Assembly (NCBI GenBank): GCA_964016885.1 | Contig: OZ024749.1 | Span: 47,988,001 to 48,052,000 of the forward strand | Direction: 5' to 3' | Source of the DNA: Eledone cirrhosa | Lineage: Eukaryota | Length of the DNA stretch: 64,000 bases | Part shown: one piece after another, positions 14,057-28,035 of the stretch | Layout of the letters: the number at the start of each line of letters is the position of its first letter | Numbering within the stretch: position 1 is the first letter of the stretch | Program-made: the position numbers and the translations under genes | The notes under the pieces: generated by a model | Database searches by the model: none | What the model saw: the letters and a program-made list of their open reading frames with translations, nothing else | What the model was told of the DNA's origin: nothing

Positions 14057-14898
14057 ATAACGATCCTTTTTCTCCTGCCTTTCATAATAGGTGTGTCACC
14101 TACGTTTTAAATGGGACATGATACGGACATTCTTTAATATTTGCTTTTACTGTATTTTATTTTGGAGGGGGAGATTAAAGCCCTCACATTCTACATTCCG
14201 GATGGTGGCTCTAAACTGAGTAATTGAGCCGACTACACAACTGACGATAACTAAATGATGTTAACGATAATATATATTGTTATTTAATTCTGATGCTTAT
14301 CATTTTTACTGAGTATCTTATCGTCATTCGTCCATTGCTGGTATCAATTCTTCATATGTTTAATTATTCATTTATACATTTATTCAGAAAACAAAGGCGA
14401 ATTTTTGCAAAGGAAGATAAGCAAGTGCTAATGCTTCTCCCATTCAGTTTATATTATATTAACATAATTCATTCTCCACTTTCCATTCAATACGAAATCC
14501 ATTTTTCAAAGATAGCTGAAATATAACCGCAATGATTTTATTATGGAATAGCTCCATACTTAATAGATGATTATCTTATGATAATACACCACTTCTGATA
14601 AAACTCCATTAAAAATTATAACGGGATATTATTTCAATATTTGGAGGAGATAATGTTGCACGGAACTTTATATAATTATCTACTTATGATGTTCAATGAA
14701 GCAACACGTTCAGCAAATTTCGTAAATTGGATAGTTATGTATATAACAACAATATTTGTAATTCGGGTTTAATAATGTATCATGTCACAGAGGTCAACTT
14801 TCCTATGATTCGTTTTGGTACGTATGCATATACGCACATTTATATATATACAAACATACACGCACACAAACGAAAACGAACACACACTTAGGTATGTA

Positions 14899-15025
<127 letters not shown>

Positions 15026-15051
15026 TATTTTCCATTTATTGTTATTAATAA

Positions 15052-15113
<62 letters not shown>

Positions 15114-15795
15114 GTAGAACATTAATATATCATTTGGTTTGTATGGAGGTGAGACACCAGAAACCCGTGAAGAGCACGGTCTCAGTTAAAATTCTGATTA
15201 AAATCCTGAATAGAAGAAAGTCATGAAGGTTGAGGATGTTGCCGAAGACTAAAGTTCTGAAGATTTAGCGTGGTTATTAGAGGGGGGTTAAGGGGATGTT
15301 TATAAATAACGAGAGAAAGATTTGATTTTAAATAACTGTATTTAAAACGTATCTAACCAGTAAGCATTGAATAACAGAGAGCGTCGTTGGAGTAGGGGGA
15401 ATAGGTAGGGTGCTATATGGAAAGATCTGGAGAGTGTCTGTGAATGATGTATTGATTAGGCGATTTGCTTTATTGACAGGATAAAGGATGTTAGTGTGAT
15501 AACAGTCATATGGGATCAAAACTGTTGAAATTATTATTTGTGTTATTCCGGTCAAATGATTGCAATGATTTTAGTATATTAATTTTACGATTAAGAATAA
15601 ATTAATCTCGTTTATGAAGTAATCTATTATAATATAGGAGTATTACTAACCTTTCGACTGAACAAAGGAAATATTAATATAAGTTAGACTTTAAATCACA
15701 ACATCTCTTAAACAAGCTGGTGTAGTAAAGGACGTTGACGTAGTGGCAGATTGCAATAATTAATAAGCCAACTGAATAATCATGTATTATTCATA

Positions 15796-15882
<87 letters not shown>

Positions 15883-16339
15883 CTTACATCTACGTTCGAA
15901 TGCCTGGCTTTATCTATGTATGTATGTACGTATGTATGTATGTAAGTATGTATGTATACATGTTTGCATGCCAAATTACTCGAACTGTTATTGTCTTGTT
16001 AGGTTTTAATTTTTGGATGAAATTATCAATTTTAATGAGTAATTTATTTCAGTGTAGATTCTCAAAAATCAACTACACTATTATATTAAATAATGGCTTC
16101 TACCTATCATCAAATACTGCAAAACACATCAATCAGAGGACAGTGTATGATGATTAATTAACTGAGTGTTTGATGAGAATAATTATTTTAGATTTTGCCA
16201 TTAGATTTATAAATTATATTCAAACACATCGTTTGTAAAAAAAAGTATACAAAGAGGAAGAAACATAGATGTTAGGAACGGTTAGTTATTATGAATAATG
16301 TAGGAGAAAATTATATACGCATAAACCTATATATAACAT

Positions 16340-16870
16340 AATTGTTTCAACTTTTGGCACAAGGCCAGCAATTATCACACTGATACATTATTTTATCGAC
16401 CCCGTAAGGATGAAAGGCAAAGTTAACCTCGGCGAGATTTAAACTCAGACCATAAAGGGCCGTAACTCTTTGCTGCAAAGCATGGCGTCCGACCCTCTAC
16501 CGATACTGCCAATCCATCATATTATAATATTATGAGTTGGTAGATAATATTATAATATTATATTATAGTCAATAAGTAAGGTGGGATTGGCAGTATCGGT
16601 AGAGTGTCAGACACCATGGTTTCTAGCATAGTTACGTCCCTTAACGATCTGAGTTCAAATCCCGCCGAGGTTAACTTTGCCTTTCATTCTTACGGGGTCG
16701 ATAAAATAAAATACCAGTAACGTACAGGGTAATTGATGGTCTTGTGCCAAAAAGTAGAAACAATTACATTATAGTCAATTTTGCCTTTCATCTTTACGTG
16801 GTCGATAAAATAAAGTACCAGTAATGTACTGGGTAATTCCTGGCCTTGTGCCAAAAGTAGAAACAATTAT
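16340..16870. mobile_element. SINE cluster: minus 16340-16518, plus 16584-16767, plus truncated 16775-16870
   Basis: High identity to 9851-10041. Confidence 0.85.
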
Positions 16871-16934
16871 ATTATAACATTAAATCATAAATTGTGTAAC
16901 ACTACAAGTGAAGTCATTATTTTCCTTTTTTTTT

Positions 16935-16973
<39 letters not shown>

Positions 16974-17039
16974 GGCCTCAGCCGGATGGCTGAAACAGTA
17001 AAAGAGTAAATATGAAACGTACGAACGCACACACACGCA

Positions 17040-17075
<36 letters not shown>

Positions 17076-17290
17076 AATATGTGTAGGTAGGTTACCGATA
17101 CTTATGTTTATCTGAATAATGAGAGAGATAGAAAGTGAGTGAGAGATCGGTATTAGCTTGTAAGCGTGCACGAATTGACAATATATTTTTTTAGAAGGGG
17201 ATATAACGCCCACAATTAAGTCTTTCATGGCGGTATAGATGAAAAGCCTTCCTTTGTGGTAGATCTTATATTTTACATACATGCATACAC

Positions 17291-17322
<32 letters not shown>

Positions 17323-19489
17323 GAATGCATGCATACATCCATGCATAAATACACACATACACACAGGCCTCCATGCCTTCTTTTGTCATAATGTCACGAA
17401 TGCGAGCCAACTTCTCCAATCGTATATTCGTTTTTGCGATTTTTTCTAAGTATTGGGCACATACATCCTGATGGAGTGGTAATAGCATGCGGTGATTCTC
17501 GGGTAATTTAAGCCTAGCTAAACCATCCCTCTCCAGGTCTGAACACAGGAGATTTGTTCCAGAGTAGGTAGAAAGTGAAAAAAAGGAAGTGAGGAAGATA
17601 TTTAGAGGATGTATTGACCCCAGTTTGAGTCTGGAACATTTGTATCAGGCTCGAAGGGATGAAAGGTAAAGTTAACTTGGGGAGGATTTCAACTCAGAGA
17701 GCACAAATACTACAACACAATATATCCCCGCCTTACTCACATGATAAACATGATAAACATGATATATTATCAGCGTTCACCTATTTGAGCATACGTAATA
17801 TATGAAATTCAGGTGAAACTGAAATCTATGAGATTCAGGTGAAATTGAAATGGCGATTCTTAATCATGCACATGTAAGTTTGTTTCAGGATGTTTCCTTA
17901 TATATATGTGGCAATTATATGTGCGTTTCCCACCCTTTACTTTGTATTTTATTATGTGTGAATACAATTATCTAACGTTTCCTTCCGATCGTAACACGAT
18001 ATATGACACAGTGGAAATGTTCTAATGCAGTGAGCCAGCACAGTTGAAATCAAGAAAATTAACAACGCTGTGTGCGGACACTCACCAAAACCTGAATGAC
18101 TAATAGTAATCACATCGCGTCAAAGCAAGCAGACAATAAGTACGAAATAGTAATTAATTAAAATTTTAGTTAAGCATTAAGAGAAATGTGTACATTATCT
18201 CAAGCACTAATTATTAATTAAATATTTAATTACAATTAATCAATGACCCCATGATTTCTTTCCTCGCAACGAAAGTATATTTCGTAATTAAACGTGTTTC
18301 TGAATTGCCTAATGTATGTTAGCGCATTGTTACATAATGTATATTTAGTGAATGTAATGCATAAGTGTTATTTCATCACATCGGACCTGAATATATTGTA
18401 GTATTGTCTAGCGTGCATTGAATTTAAATGCTATTTTGTGATTTACCACACATTCGCGGTGGTGACCGAGTAGATAATTATATCTTTCACCCGCGCTGAA
18501 CGTTTTGTGTATAAAAAGAACGAACCAACAGTTATATTAATATTATTCGATGTAGTCTATCTTCGTCATTGTGTGATCGATAAAATAAACATCACTTAAG
18601 TACGGATGTCGAAAGAACTTATTATATGATTTCTCCAAAATATTTGTCTTGGAGCCAAAATGTTAATCTCTTTCTCTATGATTGATTTTAAGGGAAGTTA
18701 TCTTCGAAGAAAAAAATAAAACGTTGTTGGTTTCACAGCAAACATTTCCCGTTTCTTGTACACATATGTTCTTGATATAAATATATTGTGAAAATATGTT
18801 TGTATACAAATAAAATCCGAATTGTAAAGCATCATTCTAAATTGCTATTTGAGCCCAAAGCTGGAGGCAGTAAATGATTAATGTGAATCGAAATACGGAT
18901 GTTAAAAATATACGAAATTTCACAGAAATGTATATATAGCAATTTAGTTTTAGTCCATTTGTCGATCCTTTCACAATATATGGTTTCACATCTGCATTTA
19001 CATTACAAGATGCATCTCAAACTTAATCTCTTTTCAATTCCTGGCAAATTGTTGATATACTCTTTTAAATGTAAATACGACTAAAGTAAGGTACTTATGT
19101 GGTAAATTGCGTTAACATTTTTTGTTGTCTTTTTTTTATTTCGGAAACCCAACTACCAACAATAATATTTGGTTCAATCATTGAATTACTCCACTCTTAA
19201 AGTTGGGGAAATGACGCCTGGTGAGAACCAGTGCATCCACGATTCATTGAGAATCGTTGGTGAATACTTTTTCTTCCAACATACGAGTATATATAAGGAA
19301 ATGTTCTCCAGTAAAATATTTCAAAGTAAACTGGCTCGCTGGTGTTTGAAATTGGACGAGTTGTCATAGTATTCAGTATGTACATAGTATTCCGTATGCT
19401 CATAGTATTTATTATAGCTTTATAATTGTGTAATAGAGGTCGTAAACGTTTCGGTTAGTGTATCAAACCCTGAATCTCTGACAACAGTA

Positions 19490-19692
19490 GACCGTCGGAC
19501 AGCATGCTTTGTTTTGCAGCCAATAGTTTCGGCCATTTATGTTCTGAGTTCAAATCCCGGCGAGTTATATTTGCCATTCATCATTACGGGGCCGAGAACA
19601 TAAAGTAAGAGTAATGTACAGGAGATGGATTTGGTACAATTTTCCATTCACTTAAAATTGCTGGCCTTGTTCCAAATGTGGAAACAATTATC
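19490..19692 (+). mobile_element. SINE copy
   Basis: CTGAGTTCAAATCCCGGCGAG..ATTGCTGGCCTTGTTCCAAA..GAAACAATTA. Confidence 0.7.
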
Positions 19693-19937
19693 TTATTCAC
19701 AGCTTGAATTCAATGTTGCACACGCGACATATATAGTATTCAGATGGAAGTATATAAATATATAAACTCCATATTATAACTTCTAAAATAATTTATTGAA
19801 TGAATATTTTTATTTATCCTTATATACCCAAGGAATAAGTATTTTCATGTATGTATATATACAAATCTATTTACATTCATGCATACATGGATACATAGAT
19901 ATATACGTTTATATTTAAATATATATCTATCTATAAA

Positions 19938-20016
<79 letters not shown>

Positions 20017-20387
20017 AGCGAGAGAGAGAGAAAGAGAGAGAGAGATATAGATATAGAGAGAGATAGAGAAAGTAGAAACAAATTTATTTATGTTGTTGCT
20101 TATGTACTTGTTGCAAAGAAAAATGAGATATAACGAATGGTATTAACGAGATACATAATCGAAGAGAGAGGAAAGGCGAGTTAGAGGCGGAAAGTGAGTA
20201 TTCGACAAATATAGTATGATAGAGGATTAATAAGATGTGCTTTTTTAAATAACATAAAGAACCACGATAGTTGTGCAAATATATGCACTACTATCGATGT
20301 TAGCTGATAAAACACATCACACTTATTCAACTATCTCATTTACATTATAACGTTTACAATACATCATACAGTCATTATATGTTTTAT

Positions 20388-20486
20388 AAATATATATATG
20401 TATATATAAATATATGTTTGTATCTGTATATATAAATATATTTGTATCTGTATATATAAATATATATGTATATATATATATATAAA

Positions 20487-20553
<67 letters not shown>

Positions 20554-20586
20554 ATATATATATGTATATATATGTATGTATGTAGT

Positions 20587-20647
<61 letters not shown>

Positions 20648-20664
20648 ATATATAAATATATATG

Positions 20665-20716
<52 letters not shown>

Positions 20717-20718
20717 GT

Positions 20719-20749
<31 letters not shown>

Positions 20750-20807
20750 ATATATATATATATATATATGTATGTATATATATAAATATATATGTATATA
20801 TATATAA

Positions 20808-20838
<31 letters not shown>

Positions 20839-20848
20839 AATATATATG

Positions 20849-20892
<44 letters not shown>
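20388..20892. repeat. Compound (TA)n microsatellite
   Basis: Direct inspection. Confidence 0.95.
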
Positions 20893-21779
20893 ATACCACT
20901 TTCCTAAGAACACACCCATCCTAAGAACACACGCTAACATACACACCCATATATATTTTCCTGCGCACGTGTATATATATGTAAAAATTATGTAATTTTC
21001 ATCTTGCTACGTACGTAATCGATTACAACATGTGTATGTGTGTGTACATGCGTATGTATGAGATTATTTATTTTCAACTATCTAAAAAATATGTATAGAT
21101 GGAGAAGAAAAAAAAACTTGCTCTTTATTTCTATATTATAACCTCGATCAATATTAAGTTCTTTTAACTCTTTTTTTTTATCCTTGTTATATTTTTCGTG
21201 CAAGTAGCTCTTGAATACGTTCACATGAATATATCTACAGGAAGAAATCGATCATAATATATGTTTCCTATTGAGGACGTTAAGAAATTACTAAACAATA
21301 GCTAAGAATATATCTTTTATATTAAATCCCTAAAATCGATATGTTTATACGTTTATATGCAACATTAGTGAGAGAGCGATTTAGGAATCTTATCTACTGA
21401 AAATTTATTAGAACTTGCCATTATTGTTATCATTTATCATCCTATTTTACACTATTTTTTGTGATTTTCAACTTTAGCACAACCGTGTTCATAAGCAGTG
21501 TGCTTCATCGTCATCTGGGGATCAAGAATTGTATTTGTATATTATATCAGTTCTGCTTTGTTATGGGATTTGTTTTGTTCTATCTGGTGATCGTTTAACC
21601 GTTATGTACGTATTTAAACTATTATGTTACTTATGTCATTTTTTTTTCAGTGTTTTGTTTTGTTTTGTTTTGTTTCGTATTTTCATATGTTCTGTGACTG
21701 TTTTACTGTCATTTAGTACCGGATATTTCTTCATAAACGTATAATGTTTCAGATGCGTATAATTTTTCAAGTTGGCAAA

Positions 21780-22320
21780 ACACGTGCATTATTTCACGGA
21801 TGGTACCTTTCACACTAGAGTTAATAAGGCATTGTATATATGTTGTTTTTGAGGCAGGTCAGTACCAAACAGCGCTGTTGGACGGCATAGGCTTGTCTCT
21901 CCAAGTGCCGAGCTCCATACAAACTGACTTTTGCTGGATATATTTTGTTGCCATCATTACTTCGTCACCTCTGGTAGTGTTTCTAACGACCACGATATGC
22001 TTTGTACTCGACACCATAATGTGATGTCGTCAACATATACCGATATATATCTACAGCAACCTATTCTGCGCGAGATGAATCTCAGTGCCTCGAACTTATA
22101 AACTATTGACTCCGTACTGGGACTATTGGGGCATACCAAACAAATCGAGTGCACGCCAATGAATGTTTTTCATATTTGTCCATTTATTCTGAGCTCGGAG
22201 TGCATGGTGCTGTACATTGTAGAGATTCATTCGCAAAAGAGAAAGTCGGCAGGAAGACAGCCGTATCGAAAGTTTCTGTTTCATCCTATTTGGTCAAGGC
22301 CTCATGCTGCTTTCTCTTCT
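21780..22320 (-). mobile_element. Decayed L1/Tx1-like LINE reverse transcriptase fragment
   Basis: Colinear degenerate RT motifs on the minus strand: LTK*DETETFD (LD..KAFD), CP.SP, SVYVDDIT, then KSVCMELGTWR. Confidence 0.6.
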
Positions 22321-22354
22321 CCTTAATCACTCTCACTACGATTTATAGTAATGA

Positions 22355-23432
22355 TTATTTCTACTTTAAGAAATAGGCTAGAAAGTATCCCAGTGCATTA
22401 CAGGCCCATTATTTTATTGACGAAAGGCCAAGTTAACCTCGGTGGAATGAAATCTCAGATCGTAAAGTGCCATCGCTCTATGCTGCAAAGCAAGGTATCT
22501 GACGCTGTACCGGTACTGCCAATCTACCGCCCTTGAAAAAGTAACGGTTATTGATTTAGGCACAAGGCCAGCAATTTGTTGGGGTTTTTTTTTTTTGGGG
22601 GGGGGTCGATTGAATCAACCCCAGTGCGTTAATGTTACTTTATTTATCGACCCCGTAGGACGAAAGGCAGTGACTCAACGTCGCAAATAATGATTTCTAC
22701 TATAGGCACTAGATCAACAATTTGTGCATGGGGGGGGGGGGGGCTCTATTAAATCGATCACAGTGTATTACAGGTACTTTACTTTATCGACCCCGAAGGA
22801 AGAAAAGTAATGCTAATCTCGGCAGAATTTGAACTCAGTACGTAAAGGGCCGTGCCTCAATGCCATAAATAATTGTTTCTACTTTTGGCAGAAGGCCAGC
22901 AATTAACCAGTGTATTACTGGTACTTTATTTTATCGACCCCGTAAGGATGAAAGGCAAAGTTAACCTCGGCGGGATTTGAACTCAGAATGGCAAGGGCCG
23001 TAACTCAATGCGTCAAAGCATGGCGTCCGACCCTCTACCGATATAGCCAATCCAATAATAACGGTTTCTTATATAGGCACAAGGCCAGCAATTTTGGGGG
23101 AGAGGAATGTCGATTAAATCGACTCCAGCGCATTACTGGTACCTTACTTTATCGACCCCGAAGGGAGAAAGGTAGTACTAACCTCGGCGAGATTTGAACT
23201 CAGTACGTAAAGGATCGTACCTCAATGCCGCAAATAGTAATAACAACAATAATAATTGTTTCTACCCTTTGGGACAAGGCCAGCAAATTATCCCGGTATA
23301 TTACTGGTACTTTATTTTATCGACTCCATAAGGATGAAAGCCAAAGTTAACCTCGGCGGGATTTGAACTCAGACCGTAAAGGGACGTATCTATGCTAGAA
23401 AGCATGGCGACCGCCCCTCAACAGATACTGCT
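22355..23432 (-). mobile_element. Head-to-tail array of about six SINE copies of different ages
   Basis: Repeated GCACAAGGCCAGCAATT..TATCGACCCC..AACCTCGGCGGGATTTGAACTCAG units. Confidence 0.85.
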
Positions 23433-24160
23433 ACAACAATAATAATGGTTTCTTTGGTCACACTCTCGTCTGTGTCGACGAGACGCCTTTTAATATCTCT
23501 CATGCCAAGATCAAGTTGCCTTTCTTTCTTTACAAGAACAATCGATTAAATATACATCAACGAAAGAACTGGGAGGGTCAATTTAACTGACTGCAAGCCT
23601 TTTAATGTGGCGACAGTCTAATTTACTGAATCTATTAGCAAAATATGAACCGTTGAGTAGCAAAATCAGTAGATCGCAAAATAAAGTTGCTACATGTATT
23701 ATCTTCCTTTGATCTACATCGAGTTTACGTCGCACGTCGGCCGCCCCCATCCACTTCGTTAGCTTACCACTTAAATGTTAATAGTACAGTCGCAGCACAG
23801 ATCAATAGAAGTTTTGATGCATTTATTTCATCATACAGCTTACAATTCTAACTTGCTTTTCCACCTCTACCTCTCATAACTGAAATGTTGTTATATTTAA
23901 TTTATATATAAACAAACAGTGAACGACAGCCTGACTGCCTACAGGGTTCCATGTTTTAATCACGGATTTGCGGTATTTGTATTTGTTGAAAATGCTAAAC
24001 ACATTCATAAATCACTAGATATTCGACTTTGGTTTTATCCTATGTTGAGAATCATCGACGATATTTACATCTTCTCTGTCTCCCTCACTCTCTCTCTCTT
24101 TCCCTCTCTCTCTGTATATATATGTGTCTGTGTATGTGTATATATATATATATATATATA

Positions 24161-24395
24161 TAGTAATAATAATAAATGTGAAGACTAAAATCCAAAGAGT
24201 GCTCGATAACGATAAATATATATCAAATATATGAGAACCGTAGAGCAAATATTTATTAAAATAACAGATTAAAGTTTAAACAAAGAATCGCTGCTTTCAC
24301 CCTAATGGGATCTTCTGAAACTCAGAGTTTCAGAAGATCCCGTTAAGGGTGAAAACAGCGATTCTATGCTTAAACTTTAATCTGTTATTTTAATA
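24161..24395. mobile_element. Fold-back mini-element family C with variant hammerhead (CAGAAGA core) on both arms
   Basis: Arms 24255-24323 and 24325-24394. GTTT CAGAAGA T CCC GTTAA GGG T GAAA (G/A)CA..TGC TT AAAC. Further copies at 8801, 31121, 44031 and 54057. Confidence 0.7.
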
Positions 24396-24507
24396 TATGA
24401 ATATATGACCCTGCCAATGTATAACAATATATATATATATAAAGACATACACACAAACACACGCACACAAATCTCGCTCACTCCCTCTGTCTGTCTGTCT
24501 GTCTCTG

Positions 24508-24546
<39 letters not shown>

Positions 24547-24551
24547 GTATA

Positions 24552-24652
<101 letters not shown>

Positions 24653-26914
24653 GTGTTTTTCAGGCAAATATCACTCCGAATATAATTTGTAATTTTTATT
24701 GTTGTTTGTTCGTAATTTGTTTTTGTAAGTTAAATGCATACCATTTATATAACATTTTCTGTTGTATCTCCTGAAAACTATCTGCAAACGTTTTCTGACA
24801 ACATATAAGAAAATAATCAATGTTCACCTAGTGGTGTGTTTTTAAGAAATCTACTTTGATAACTTCGTAAGACTCACCGTCCATTGTTTTTCTCGTAATT
24901 TAAAACTTTCTCTAGGCCAGTTCTAGATGCCCAGACAGATTATATTTCTCATAAGATGTTACTCACATTTTCCTTACTTATTTAAAATGTTCTAAGAAGA
25001 ATATAATAAGTTACAAAAGAAATTTTATTATTTATATTGTAGATTACGAAATCACTATCACTGGTCTGTGATACGTTCAATATTTTCTCTCACAACATCT
25101 CGCCTATCAGAATGATCAAAATATCTTCAAAGAATTCAATAGAACAAATGTTTTATTTACCAATACTTTCCACGATAACCTTCCTCCGGATATAACACTT
25201 TCAGAACTTTCAGCAATTAAAATGCTCTAACATATGAGGTTATTAACATACGAATATTGATTTCTAACTTAGATATATAGCCACATATATTCTGGAAAAA
25301 GGTATATACAAATAAATCACCCACTGGACTGTTTTTCTATATAGTTTTTGGGAGCATTAATGCTTATTACTATACAGTCTTGTAGAAAATGTGCAATTTC
25401 TCAGTTTGTGTGTTGTACATATATATGTATATACACAAACATATATACAACACACAAGCTGACAAATCTCACAAATACCTACCACCATGATATATATATA
25501 TATTATTATTATTATTATTATTATTTATTACAATAATGTCCTGTTCAAAAAGCCCACAGATGGGCTCATCATTTCTTTTCACATACTCGTGGAATTTACG
25601 CTTCTACACTAATAGTATCAATTTATATCAGTGTAATGCTATATTGAACTCTTCCTCGTTCTATCAGTGTAATGATGGAGAAATGATCTACCAGGAATAA
25701 ATATCCACGACTGAATTTCGTAAATAAAATATTTTGTTTGGAGTTCCTGTGGAGCCATAACTCTATAGCTAACCAGAGTAGCCGAATAGGTTAAGAAATA
25801 ACATGAAATCGCCATCAGTGTTAACGAAAAAAATCAATAACTCTATTATTTATTCACGATTTATTTTTGCCACTTAGCTTCTAATAACTTCTGCTTTCCC
25901 TTGTGATAACTGAATGAGAGCCAACGCTTTTGTCAGTGAGGACACCAAGCTGGTACAATCAAGTTCCATTTCTTACTGTTTCCTTTTACACAATCGGAAA
26001 CACTCATCATCACTGTGATGACTTGTTATTAATTATGCTAATGGTTTTGTCTGATACGGTGAAATCTAAAGGCCTAGCTATTGAAAGTTCGCAATGCTAT
26101 ACAGACCTTTCCCTATATATTTGTGCCTTCGTGTATACATCAATTATCCAATATTTGGAAAATAATAACCTTACATCTGAAGCGCTAAAGCAATTTAAAC
26201 GTTATTAGCATCAATTAAGAATTATTTGTTTTAACTAATCATAAGTATAAAGGCTGAGTTCTATTCATATATTAATAACTCGCAAACTACAAAGACCCCT
26301 GGCTGTTCAGATTGGAAATTATCATTGTGTTGTCTCCAAAGACAAGAACGTCAGTTATGTATTCATTAGAATAATAGCACATTTACACTGTTAATATTAA
26401 AGCAAATGTACACTAGCTGTAAATTCATTTGGGTGTAATAAATTGGATATGAATTGTTTTTTTATCGCTGGAATGATGTGCGTGGCGCACTGATACTCGT
26501 TTTCTAGAAAGAAAATTATGGATTTGTATAAATGGATAAATGCCTGGAATGTGTATAATTGATCAATATAAATCCTGTGTGATTTTAAGGAACTCAAAAT
26601 AATGAAAATCATATGCGAGCGGAGTGAGAATAAAACTAAGTAGTACAGGGCCGTTATTATATAGACTAGCAGAAAAACTAACCTTGGGGTGGTTTTCTGC
26701 TAGCATGTGTAGTGTGTATATTGATATTATACGCAGGTATATATATATATGAAGATATGATACATCAAATAAAATCATAATTGACAATATATAATACATA
26801 GAAATTGAACGAAGACTGCTTTACACTATCTTATGTAATCAGTAACGTAGTCCATGATACAATAAAAAAGACGATATTATAAACTGCATTAGGAGAAAAT
26901 TAGTGACAGAAAAT

Positions 26915-27470
26915 TAATTGTTTCTACGTTAGGCACAAGGCCAGCAATTACCCAGTGCATTACTGGTACTTTATTTTATCGACCCCGTAAGGATGAAAGG
27001 CAAAGTCAACCTCGGCGGGATTTGAACTCAGATCGTAAAGGGACGTTAATATGTTTATTTAAGCGATGGCCACCCGGAAGTGTTGACATTTCAGAAATTT
27101 AAAAGAAATGAATCTTTAAATAAACACAGTATATTTAATCAACAGCCAGGAAATGTAGTAGATAAATTATGCAATATTCCTTCATTATTTATTCAGCAAA
27201 GATCTGAGTTCAAATCCCGCCGAGGTTGACTTTGCCTTTCATCCTTACGGGGTCGATAAAATAAAGTACCAGTAATGCACTGGGTAATTGCTGGCCTTGT
27301 GCCTAAAGTAGAAACAATTATTTATTCAGCAAAGTTACGTCCCTTTACGATCTGAGTTCAAATCCCGCCGAGGTTGACTTTGCCTTTCATCCTTACGGGG
27401 TCGATAAAATAAAGTACCAGTAATGTACTGGGTAATTGCTGGCCTTGTGCTAAAAGTAGAAACAATTATA
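26915..27470. mobile_element. SINE cluster: minus 26915-27047, plus 27200-27320, plus 27328-27470 (all 5'-truncated, near-identical)
   Basis: Direct sequence match to the main SINE. Confidence 0.85.
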
Positions 27471-27986
27471 GTTTAGATAACTCAAGTTATGATGTTTACA
27501 ACGTGGGAGAAATAAACATACATTTACAATTCTATGACGTCGAATAATTATTGCGAATCAGAAATATTTCTATAATTTGAACAGAGTTCATTATATCGGT
27601 AGTATTTGTTAAATTATATCCACTAGCACAATTGTTTCTGGAGAAGGTATTTTGATATTGTGCTTCGAGACTGTCAGATCTAAAGACCCCCCCCCCCCAA
27701 TCACTTAGGACGACTCCTGTGGTAAACAGTCACCATACTGTGGCGATGATAGCAGTATAACCAACATATCGCATGAAATGATATAAACAGTGAGATGTGA
27801 CCCAATGTAGCTAATAATTAGCAGAAAGAACAACAATTCTGAAAATATTTCTGGTGTGTAAAATCTTATGGTTCTTCTCTGGTCATGTAGTTCTTTAGAA
27901 AATGTGAAATGTTTCAGTTTGTGTGTTGTACATATATATGTATATACACATACATATATACAACTCACAAGCTATCAAGTCTCACA

Positions 27987-28035
<49 letters not shown>

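Noticed and set aside
22355-23432. Regularly repeated units suggesting a CRISPR-like array
   Set aside because: Units are SINE copies of about 130-190 bp with no unique spacers or cas genes; eukaryotic context.
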